Both the position numbers and the translations under genes were made by a program. Positions 27,442-37,975 of a stretch of 64,000 nt of DNA are shown in pieces. A model generated the notes under the pieces. The model was given only the letters and a program-made list of their open reading frames with translations, made no database searches and was not told where the DNA came from. The stretch's first letter is position 1; each line of letters opens with the position of its first letter. The stretch spans positions 24,124,401 through 24,188,400 of the forward strand of contig CM120641.1 of assembly GCA_051362555.1 (NCBI GenBank), in the 5' to 3' direction. The DNA is from Lingula anatina (lineage: Eukaryota > Animalia > Brachiopoda).

Positions 27442-27779
27442 TTAAATCTTCAGTGATGAAAATTGTATTAATAATGTGAAATGACAAAAAAATTAAACTT
27501 GTTACATTCCTTTTACCAACCCAAAGCTGGCATTTTCTTAGAGTTTTATTTTACATGAACTTTGTAAACAAATAATCTTTTATCGTCTTCATATCTACAC
27601 CAATATATAATGGTAACGTGTCACGTTTATAACAGGAGGCAGCAAATTAAACATCAGACTGGCAGATGCTGAATCAAAGATGGAACTTGACTGTCAAAGA
27701 TGGTGCAATTACAGCCAGTCTTCGTACATTGAACCACCAAGCGCCCCACTGTGGAAATGCCAGGCCTTCGTCCTCTGGT

Positions 27780-30572
27780 CTACTCGATGGAATAAGCCAT
27801 GAACATCATGTCTGGGGTGGCCGGGACCAGGGGGTGCCCTGGGGCCACAGGTTGAAATCCCAAATACATGAATGTCCGTATCAGGGAGGCTGAAAATAAA
27901 ATGAAAATGTAATTTTTTTAACATATATCAATTTCTTTAACGTACACAAATGTTAACAATATCATCAGTTACAGTTTCTTTCACCACTTCCTCATAAAAA
28001 TAATGAAATGAATTTTTGGAACCACTGAAAGTGACTGCTTCTCCATTTTCTCTGTGAAACAATTTTTTTTCTTAGAGATAGCATTGAGCTTTCATTATGA
28101 CATCACAATATATATGACTGTTGGTAACTAATATTTACACCAATAGACCATGCAATATTTATACCAATAAACCATGCAAACACGTACCTCGATCACATCG
28201 GTCTTTCTTATAAAAGACAATAACATGACTGCATTCAAGCTCTTCTTCAGCGTACTCCAGTAGAGTAACAAAGCTGAAAAATGCAAAGCTTGTGTAAAAA
28301 CATGCCCATACAAAATCTGATAATGCAATTTACACACACAAAGTATACATATACAGAAATCAATAGCCAGAGTATTTTTTAACATGAAACCTTTGGTTGA
28401 AAATTGAAAACTGCATAAAGACAAATGAGTTTGACATTTAAAATAAAAATTCCTACCTTTCCTTGGAGCCTTCTGGGAGAATGCCTGGTGGAATTTCAAC
28501 AAACAGTTTACCATCCACGTAAACAGTGTCCCAGGTGACCACCATGCAGTCACTCAGAGTGATCCGGAAACACAAATTCGAGGCAACCTGTGTTTTCACC
28601 AACGCCTTTGCATCTTCCACAAGATGCTTGGTGGTGACAGGGGGCTCTTTTGAAACCCCCACGCCGCTGCCCTCTGTCATAAATGACACATTGGCGGCGT
28701 GGGGAACATCAGGAGCACCACAGAGGCCCTGGACCAAGGTTAATACAATACTGGACCAGGGGGCTCCTGAAATGATACAGCAAATTCAATTTGAAAATCA
28801 CTAGAAAAATACTTATTCATCCTATTTTCCACCATAAATAATGTAATATAGAATAAATTTTTATAAAGAAAATGCAATTGAAGGAATCATAATTAAAAGA
28901 AAAAGTAATTTGATGAATCTTGAGTGACTTAAATTGTATTTCCTATAAAGTAATAATAATGATAATAATAAAACTAATAATAATACATTTTTAAAATGAA
29001 TTGCCTCATTGCCATATGTTGGAGTTCAGGATGACAATTATGTATATCAGACACCTTTTATAAACAAGCATAAACAAGTCCAAAGTACACAACACCTTCA
29101 TAGATAAATATTGACCGTAGATTTCAACTGGTTCAAACTGGTTTACTATACATCTTCACACATTGTTTTGGGCAATTATTAGGTATAATAATCCAAGGAA
29201 CCTTTTGGCTTTTACAAGGCACTCTTTTGTAACACTCTATTGAATAAACAAAATTTAACTCTTGATGCGGTGGTATATGTATAACAGTAACACTTTTGCA
29301 ATTTCGATCTTATAACACGGATGTGGGTCACTCAATTCGTTATTATCTAACTAAAATGATATTTATTGGGCAACAGGCATTTTTTCGTAAAATTCAAAAA
29401 CAATTTCGAGTTTGTAATAAAACACCACGAGCGATTAAAGTCACACGATTTATAAATGGAAGTCAACAGCATATCTACAATAATAACGTAACTTAGGCCG
29501 AAATGAAGGCCAAATGTAAAAGAATACCACGCTCGGCTGTCACCTTGATTGGATAGTAAACGGTTGTCGTAAAATCGCTAAAAGATATTAAAACCCGGTG
29601 CATAAACTTGAAAACCACCTAGGACAACCTCAGACTGCCACATTAATCCAATACAATGCAAAAATAAACTATAACAAGTGGTTAAAGCCTTCAAACCGAA
29701 TGTCGTAAAGTCCCCATATACCTCCATAGAGACAATAAAATAGAATAAGCTTGTGAAACAAGAAAAATCCAGTTCCAACATAATAATCGAAATAAAATAC
29801 TGCCGGGCATCGGAGCGGCCTAAAACTTGGCACGCTTACCGCTAATACTGCAGGCTACATCATCCCGTCGCTCGTTTGTAAATTCCGTGCATGGCATACG
29901 CACAATCAAACCGTAAATCCAAATATCACCAAATATCACCCCTGATGTTTATCTTGGTCCTTTCAACAATCCAATTCAGGAAATGACGTAACCGCAGAGG
30001 TCGCATTGTCCAATGGCATGGCTTCTTTTTCGTAATGGTAGGTTAGAGAGGACTGAGATAAACATCAGAGGTGGAATTTTGATTTACAGCGTATGCCATG
30101 CACGGAATTTACAAACGAGCGACGGGATGATGTAGCCTGCAGTATTAGCGGTAAGCGTGCCAAGTTTTAGGCCGCTCCGATGCCCGGCAGTATTTTATTT
30201 CGATTATTATGTTGGAACTGGATTTTTCTTGTTTCACAAGCTTATTCTATTTTATTGTCTCTATGGAGGTATATGGGGACTTTACGACATTCGGTTTGAA
30301 GGCTTTAACCACTTGTTATAGTTTATTTTTGCATTGTATTGGATTAATGTGGCAGTCTGAGGTTGTCCTAGGTGGTTTTCAAGTTTATGCACCGGGTTTT
30401 AATATCTTTTAGCGATTTTACGACAACCGTTTACTATCCAATCAAGGTGACAGCCGAGCGTGAAGAATACTTACGACTGGGCGCTTTGTTTGGTCGGCAT
30501 TTCTGATTTCACCTCCGTCTTCGGCCCAAAATTTTCAGTACAAAATATTGCCTTAGAGGCGGCTAATAGCAT
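27780..30572 (-). CDS. OAZ: Ornithine decarboxylase antizyme, expressed via +1 ribosomal frameshift; exons 30572-30475, 28766-28457, 28273-28188, 27889-27780; ORF1 51 codons + ORF2 149 aa (~200 aa)
   Basis: ORF1 ends ...LGPGPLWCS-UGA (TCC TGA at 28714-28709). The +1 frame continues DVPH...LFVEIPPGILPEGSKESFVTLLEYAEEELECSHVIVFYKKDRCDRASLIRTFMYLGFQPVAPGHPLVP...FMAYSIE*, the antizyme hallmark motifs. Confidence 0.96.
28635..28714 (-). promoter_or_regulatory. Antizyme +1 frameshift site (UCC UGA) and 3' stimulatory RNA pseudoknot
   Basis: Stem 1: CCCCACGCCGC (28704-28694) with GCGGCGUGGGG (28667-28657), 11/11 pairs. Stem 2: UGACAGAGGGC (28679-28669) with GCCCCCUGUCA (28645-28635), 10/11 pairs. 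Starts 4 nt after the stop. Confidence 0.9.
29528..30462. mobile_element. 935-bp foldback element (long-TIR non-autonomous DNA transposon) in antizyme intron 1
   Basis: Arms 29528-29901 and 30089-30462 (374 bp each) read as reverse complements; the ORF track shows identical 67-aa ORFs at 29578-29781(-) and 30209-30412(+). Imperfect pairing continues into the spacer. 8-bp direct repeat AAGAATAC at 29520-29527 and 30463-30470. Termini CAC...GTG. Confidence 0.93.
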
Positions 30573-30873
30573 CTTTTCGGATCTCTTTAGAATTGATAAG
30601 TTCTGATAACACAAAATAGACGAAAATTGGATAAACTCCAAGACACGTCTTCCTCCTACGAGGACTACTCGATTTATTTACGATGACGTCATAGAACGGA
30701 GAAAGGATTGACCTGCAACAACATTTTTAAGTTTTATATAGATGTAAACAAAAATAAGGTAAAAAAACATATTTTATATTGACACAAAATGTTTTTTGAT
30801 AATCATTTTAAAATAAAAAACTGTTTTGGTAGGGCTAAAATTACCGATATTTACCGATATATTATAAATCAAT
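30573..30873. promoter_or_regulatory. Bidirectional promoter between OAZ (-) and DCTN6 (+)
   Basis: Divergent ATGs at 30572 and 30874. Full palindromic CRE TGACGTCA at 30684-30691. Confidence 0.7.
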
Positions 30874-31062
30874 ATGGCTGCTGTTCCGGCGAAGTCAAGG
30901 TAGTAAAACTTCGGTGTTATTGTATCATTATTGCTTGTTCGTAGAGTGTTCAATTGTACATAAACGCATTTATGTTCCTGTTACGTTGTGCACCTCTAGA
31001 TGCCTTATCTGTGGCGGATCATATTATCTCCCGCAGAGTCACATTCTTCTCACAATCATTGC

Positions 31063-31114
<52 letters not shown>

Positions 31115-34100
31115 TTACCTACCACAAGGTTATGTTTTTTGTGCTGTTCGTTTGTTTGTCTGATTGCATTATTATGCAAAATTTTATGGGGGGATTTTGG
31201 TGAAGTTTTCAGAATAGGTCCCAAATGGACCATGGAAGTTGATAAGGTTTTGGGCAGTCTCCCTCAAATGCTCAGTACACAGCAATACAGCGCAACACAG
31301 CAATACACAAGAAAAAACGAATGCAGTCACAAATAAAATCAGGAAACAGTCATTCTCACAATATCGGGTGATATTACAGCAAAATATATTAGTACTAGGT
31401 ACAGTTAAAATTAATATTATTGACACAAGTTAACATATCGGCACAACTTGTTTATGCTTGGGTCATCCACCATGTTGGCAAGTGCCTCTTCTTGGCAATA
31501 TGGCAGATGACCTGACATAATCAGATCACACTAATTAATCATGCTGTCACCTTGATTAGTTAGAAAACTACATGATTTGATAATCAGATGCATAAATTTT
31601 AAAACCACATGATACGATCTTACAGTGCTATACTAGTCTACCATAATGTAAAAAGGCCCATCAAAATCGGTTAAAGTATTCAAAACGAAGTCATTAAATC
31701 CCCATATGATTCCATAGAGTCAATAAAACAGAAAGAGGTTGCGAAACAAAAATACCCTCCATGTGCCTTATAAATTCAAAAGAAAATAGAGACAGAGGTC
31801 AAATCACACTTTAACTCACTTCACTTACATTAAATGCCTAAGGCTACATTGTTCGATTATTTTTTGTAAATCCTACTCGGACATCGGTAGAAATCAACAA
31901 TAAACCCTTATGAAGTCCTTGTTGTTTATACTCGAGGTGACAGCTGAGTGTGCGATTAATATTCCAGTATTTTCCCTGTTTCAGCCTCAAAATTGCCCAA
32001 GGTGCTGTGGTGTGCAATGAATGTGAACTTAAAGGGGATATCACTATAGGTTTGTAGGAGGTGTTATGCTGATGAATTAAATTTTAAAATAGAGTTTGAT
32101 ATCATGACAAGAATAAGGTCATGTGATAACAGTTTGATGTATTACATAACCTGTCTAATGATGCATTTAAAATTGTGGTGTTTGGTCAGATAGAAAAAAA
32201 AAACAACAAACCCTTTATTACCCTTTCGCTAAAGATTTGCACTGGGAGCCCTTAATACTGGTTATATTGTATATGTACCTGATAGTTGAGTGTTATCTGC
32301 ACCTCAATACTGTGACATTGCTTGTCTTTTAGAATGTATTATAAAACATCCTCTTTACAGGTGCTAAGACTGTAATTCATCCTAAAGCAAAGATCATAGC
32401 AGATGCTGGGCCTATCATTATTGGAGATAACAATTTAATTGAGGAACAGGTTGAGATAATAAACAGGTAAGAAGCTGCTCTAAGTAACCAAGCTCTTAAG
32501 AAATGGATAAAAAAAAGTAAAAAAAAAAAAGAACTTTATCAGGCAAAGACTTCAAACATCAGCCTTTGAATAATCAATTAAAAAATTAATATTCACATGA
32601 AAACAAGAGAAAATGAGAGAACTGAAACTTAAAGCAAATAAACACAGAATGAGTGTTTTTATTAATTAACTGTAACTGTGCTCTACTTCCAAGATTTTTT
32701 CTTCTTAGAATACTGGATGTGAAAGTGTTACTGTGCTAACTGATGTCTCATTTTATTTTGATAGGAAAGTCAAGACAGATGGTGAAGGATCGACACACTC
32801 CGTAATGATCATTGGGAACAACAATGTTTTTGAAGTTGGAAGTTGTATCCTTTTGGCTGTTGTAGCTTCTTCTTTTATTTTGTAACGTCTTTAGATGGTG
32901 TACGATTCACAGCAGGTTATTCCCTCAGTTGGACAGAAAAATGTGACAATTTAAAAAAATTGTTTTCATATCTGTCAAATTTTACACTTGAATCCTTACT
33001 AGAAATTTTTAGAAGTCATGCACATTGTTGTTGGATGTATATGGACTCTGGGGTAGCGCTAGCAATTTTTTTTGCTTTGCCAAATCACCACTTTTTTTTT
33101 CAATTTGTAATACAAATGGTGATAATTTGACTAAAATTATCCAAATCAAGCCCTTTGTTTAGCCAATTTAAGTCAGTTTTAGCATTTGGCTAAATTGGTG
33201 AGTGTTAGCGCTACCCCAGGGACTGATTATCTTATTCCTCAAATTCCAAGTGCATTTTGTGCCAGATATACATAAGATAAGAAATTGATTAACATGTTTG
33301 TCTGCACAAGGATTTTTTTTCTTAACTTTGTCCCAGATAGTGAAGCCCTGAACATGGGAGACAACAATATCATAGAATGTAAAGGTAGGTCATAAAGGAT
33401 CCTCAATGCATTAAATTTTGTATGTAATTTGAAGAAACTTGACTTGTTTTGCCCTTATTACAACATGATCAGGTCTTAAATGTTAGGGAAGATACATGGG
33501 ACTGGTATCCAACGTAACAATGAATAATAATTAATCCAGGATGAATAAATTTAAGTAACTGTTATCATGATTGAGTATATTAACACCTGCTTGTGAAAAT
33601 TACAATAATCGTATGTGTAATTTTTGGGGGTTTTCTACTAATGAAAGACACACAAGACACTTAAAAGTGACTCCCCCCCTTCCTTATTTTGTTACTTGCA
33701 TCCTGAATGACTTTTGGGTTTAGAATCTAGTGGTAGATTTTAATGTGTTCTGCTTCTGACAATGTTTACTACAGTATTAGGACAGTTAAGCTAAAGTACT
33801 AGATTTCCTTTTTTGTTCTGTTTAATGAACTTTTTTTTCAGCAGTGCACAGCTCTCTTTATATTATAATACAGCCTCATGGACCAATTTATTTTTTTATA
33901 GCTCATATAGGACGTGAGACTACACTTACCAATGGTTGTATTGTTGGTGCAATGTGTCATGTTACAAGTAGAGAGGTGCTGCCTGAGAACACAGTCATGC
34001 ATGGCTCTAAGTGTGAGAGGAGGGTCCAAGCAGAGAGGCCAGCAGTAAGTGGATTTGGTTTTCAACTGTCAGCTTTTCTGCAGTTTTGGTAGTGTAAATA

Positions 34101-34410
34101 TACCCAATACTCCCAGTGTGCAATTGTGCCATTTGAGTTATTAATTAGTATTTTTCATATAAAAATAACGTGGTCTCACTTCTGTGATGAAAAAAATATC
34201 TTTGCAAAAGAAAGTACTTGGAAAAAACAGTGTGATATGAATATAAATTATATAAATGAAAACCAGTTGTTTTTGTAGGAATTTTAAGATTTTAATAAAT
34301 TTTTATTTTTTTCACAGCCTCAGACACTCCAGCTAGATTTCCTTACAAAGATTCTTCCAAATTATCACCATCTTAAAAAGTCTAGCAAAGCTCTGCCTAA
34401 AGTGAGCTAA
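30874..34410 (+). CDS. DCTN6: Dynactin subunit 6 (p27), 7 exons (30874-30899, 31985-32049, 32361-32466, 32765-32844, 33337-33384, 33902-34044, 34318-34410), ~186 aa
   Basis: Left-handed beta-helix type motifs [73 protein letters not shown]; C-terminal [21 protein letters not shown]. Frame conserved (561 nt). Confidence 0.95.
31064..31113. repeat. (AAT)n microsatellite in DCTN6 intron 1
   Basis: About 16 consecutive AAT units; source of the spurious poly-Ile and poly-Asn ORFs. Confidence 0.95.
32845..33336 (+). other. U12-type (minor spliceosome) GT-AG intron in DCTN6
   Basis: Donor GTATCCTTTT. Branch-point-like TTTCTTAAC about 10 nt before the CAG acceptor. Splicing here restores the frame (T|AT = Tyr). 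Confidence 0.88.
33048..33219. mobile_element. 172-bp MITE inside the DCTN6 U12 intron
   Basis: 14-bp TIR CTGGGGTAGCGCTA / TAGCGCTACCCCAG, flanked by the 5-bp direct repeat GGACT (33043-33047 and 33220-33224). Confidence 0.8.
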
Positions 34411-35689
34411 AGAAAGGTAAACTGTTATAGATATATCCCCTTCACTTCAATGTTTCTTTAAATGTTAATTTATATATTATGCAGAACGGATATTTGTTCC
34501 ATGTTTATGATTCTGAAAAAGCATTAGGGTACCATGCATAAAGATGGCGTAAGCTTTCATTATTAAAAATAATTTTCTCATATTATATCAGCATTTATCA
34601 TATCCTTCATATTACTGTCACTTACCTTTTACTCAACCATGCCCTTAAAAGACAAGCCAGTCACTTAATTATATATTTTATTTTATTGAGAAAGATAAAA
34701 AGTATATGTTTCTCTCTCAATAATTCCAGACTATGTTTTGCTGTAAGGAAAAAGAAAGGAAAAATGCAAGGAAGAGGAACTCGGGGTCCGGAGATGAAGA
34801 GTCTTGGCAAGGAAGTTCAGAATATCAGATTTTGATGAAAGTCATGCTGGACAAGTTCTTGGATTAGACTTTCAGATTTATTGCTTTCAGTATAAATGTT
34901 TTTTTGATCATGCCATTCTTCATTTCCCTAAGGACTTCCATGTCAAAAATTCCATGTCACTTGATATTGAATGAGCTCACCAAATTGAGTCTGAACTATG
35001 TGTAAGACGTGGTGGGATGTGAGCAGTACCCTTGTATTGTCCACATATCATTTTATTTATGTGACAAATGACGGAGACCTCACTAGCAGAACTGTCCAAT
35101 TAATTTTTTTGTAGAATCAAGGAAAACTTGAGAGGCATTCAAATAATTGTCTTGTTGGTGTATTCTAGTAAATATAAATTTGTATAACTTTTCCTAAGGT
35201 CTCAAAGGGTTGTCATTATAACTTCCTGGAAGCACACACTGTGCAAATGTGAGACTTCTTTTGATGCTCTTTATATATAACTAATTATTTGTTTTTGTTT
35301 CATTTGTAATTTATTTATTGAGACAATAAATATGACACAGAAATTATATTTTCTTTTTGTCAATTACAACAATACAAATTAACCTTGCACATGCTTGCTG
35401 TCACATGAACCACATTTCACATATTTACCTCAAAGTGCAGTTCAAACCCTGCAATGTGTATTAGTCATGTTCTTTTTATGTCATAATGGAGGGGGTGGTT
35501 AAAAGATATGCCCATTTTGTAATAACCAGTTGTTACTGTTACGGTAACCATGTATTAACCACAATGTTTTGGACAGTTTTAACAATCTTTCATTCTTGGA
35601 TAAAAAAACATGCACTAGTGATCTCCCTTTCATGCTCCATATCGTATTATATCATGCGTATTTATATTATATTCTATCATGATTTTGTG

Positions 35690-35880
35690 TACGAAGTCGG
35701 AAGTAGTGTTGTGCAGGCAATTTTGTGTCCTGTTGAGCTCCTCTTTCGGTCGAAGTATTCGCAGTGTAAAGTGCTGCTACCTCGCGGGTAAGACATGCAC
35801 TAAGGGTGGCCGGAAGTAATGTGAGGCCAGTACATGCTAAGGGAACTAACTACATTTCGCTGATAAAAACACTCAGGAAC
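35690..35880 (+). promoter_or_regulatory. Probable ELP6 promoter / 5' UTR
   Basis: CpG-enriched, with two ETS-type CGGAAGT motifs (~35698 and ~35811) just upstream of the ATG at 35881. Confidence 0.5.
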
Positions 35881-36998
35881 ATGTTTATAGATCTCAACAA
35901 TATACTCGACATTGACGAGAAGCAGCCTCCAGATAGAATAAGTATTTCAATCTCTTCTTCCCAGACTGACAATGGATTTTTGATTCACCATTTCTTGTCC
36001 CTGTATACACGGAATGGATATAACGTTTGTATGGTCTCCTTCACGCAGTCTTTCTCTCACTATAACAACGTGGGTCAAAAGCTAGGTGTTAATATAACTG
36101 CAGCAAGAGACAACGGTACCTTGATCTTTATTGATGGACTCAAGCTTATAAATGAGTGTTTGTTTGCATCGCCTGGTGATTCTGGTGGGGTTGAGAAAAA
36201 CCCTTTCTCTTTTGTTTCTGATCCAAAGCCAGATTTGAAAAATTTGTATGACCATATCAAACAAACTATAACATCATTTTCATCGCACAAGACTGTACCA
36301 ACACTATTACTGATAGATGATTTGGGAATATTGACTGATCTTGGAGTTCCAGTCTTGGCAGTAGGAGATTTGATGATGTACCTTCGGAACTTTATGACTT
36401 CAGCTCAAATTTTGAGAAGTGGCTGTCTACTCAGTGTGGTACAAGCGGACAAAGATGCTGCAGATGAGGAGCATGAACTGCTGTTAACCCAACTTGCCCA
36501 CAATAGTGACATGATGCTGCATTGTAAAAGTCTGAGTAGCGGTTACTGTAAAGATGTACATGGGGAGGTACTAGTATTAAAGACATTGCTAAATTTGATC
36601 TGGAGACTTTAATTGACATATTTATTTATTTTTAGGGCAAACCTCGCATTGATTGATGACACGTACATCTGGTGCCTAATTTCTAAAACTTTTTGGAGTT
36701 AATGGTGCTAAAATTAAGATAACAATCAGTGTAAAGTCAAATTTACAATATTAATTTTAACGGGCATTCAAGCAACAATGATCCCATAACTGTAACATGT
36801 GTCGATTTAAAAAAATAGAATTGAGATGGTTTTGCACTGATATTTTGCCTTGCTCTTATCTCATTTCAGCTACTGGTAACATGGCTTGATCCAAAACAGA
36901 ACTATCCATTCACTTCCAGAGCAAAACGGATGCAGTTCAAAATTATGGACAAAACTGTATCATTTTTTGCAGCTGGGATGTCTTCAGCTGTGCTGTAG
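35881..36998 (+). CDS. ELP6: Elongator complex protein 6, 2 exons (35881-36567, 36870-36998), ~271 aa
   Basis: MFIDLNNIL start; motifs GFLIHHFLSLY, QSFSHYNNVGQKLG, LLLIDDLGIL, LSSGYCKDVHGE, QFKIMDKTVSFFAAGMSSAVL*. Confidence 0.94.
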
Positions 36999-37975
36999 AG
37001 ACCTCGAGCAACCAAGAGTTTTTGCTTTAAGGTTAACATATGTATTTGACTACTGATTACTATTTTGGTGACTCAGTTTTGTCAGCAGACAGAAATATTA
37101 TCAGTGATAAAAGAATCAACTTGAAAAAATTGATGAAAACAATTTTTGAAAGTGATAGCATTTATGAAGACAGTTTTGTATAAACATTCATATAGCTGTA
37201 CAACTGTCACCTCAGTTTTAAAGAGTGTCAGTATGATTCTGCCGTTTCCAACACAGTGCAAAACATACGGCACAGTGTCCAATTATTTTATAAACTTTGG
37301 GTTAAAGATTATTGTGTCAAAAAGTGAAGGACATTGTAAATGTTTAATGAAATAAATGGAATGATTACTGTGGAAGTTTTTGTTAATTACTAGAAAATGC
37401 TCATTTGTTCTCTATGCACAAAGAAAAAGTACACCTGTTGGTAGGGACAAGCCAGAATCCCAGCTCCAATGGGATGGATTGAGTCCATATTGATATGCCC
37501 TTGTAATCGTTGGATCGAAACCAAGGAATTTGATTAGAAAAAATAATTTATTCTAAAATAAAAATAAAGGACATATAATAGAAATAATCATCTTGGCATA
37601 TATGGCGCCAGTGAATGCAATTTATAAAAAATACATAGCAATAATTAACATATTTTGAAAAAAAATTGGCCTCCGTCAACATTTATATAAGAAATAATAC
37701 TGTCACTCTGGCAATAAATGCCAGTACAAATCTAGTGTTTGTGAGGTGTTTAAGGCATACATCATGAGACAGCATATTATTTGACATACATACAGAGAGA
37801 AAGTACTCGTATCTCACCGATAAACACCCTTAAAGTAAAAACCAAAAATGTATATATTGCCACAGTCACATAACATCTCTAGCTATGTTTGTGCAAACTC
37901 TGTGACTGCAATCGATTTATAAAATAACTGTGTGTGCCTTAGGAAGAGTTCAACTTCAGGCACTTGGAAGATTTT

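Noticed and set aside
28709-28711. In-frame TGA in antizyme as a pseudogene lesion or selenocysteine codon
   Set aside because: It is the canonical UCC-UGA +1 frameshift site; homology continues in the +1 frame, not the 0 frame.
29578-30412. Two identical 67-aa ORFs on opposite strands as duplicated genes
   Set aside because: They are mirror images within the foldback arms, with no recognisable protein similarity.
30914-31433. Poly-Ile / poly-Asn ORFs
   Set aside because: Translations of the (AAT)n microsatellite in DCTN6 intron 1.
35806-35880. GTG-initiated N-terminal extension of ELP6
   Set aside because: Family similarity begins at ATG 35881, and the extension overlaps promoter-like ETS motifs.
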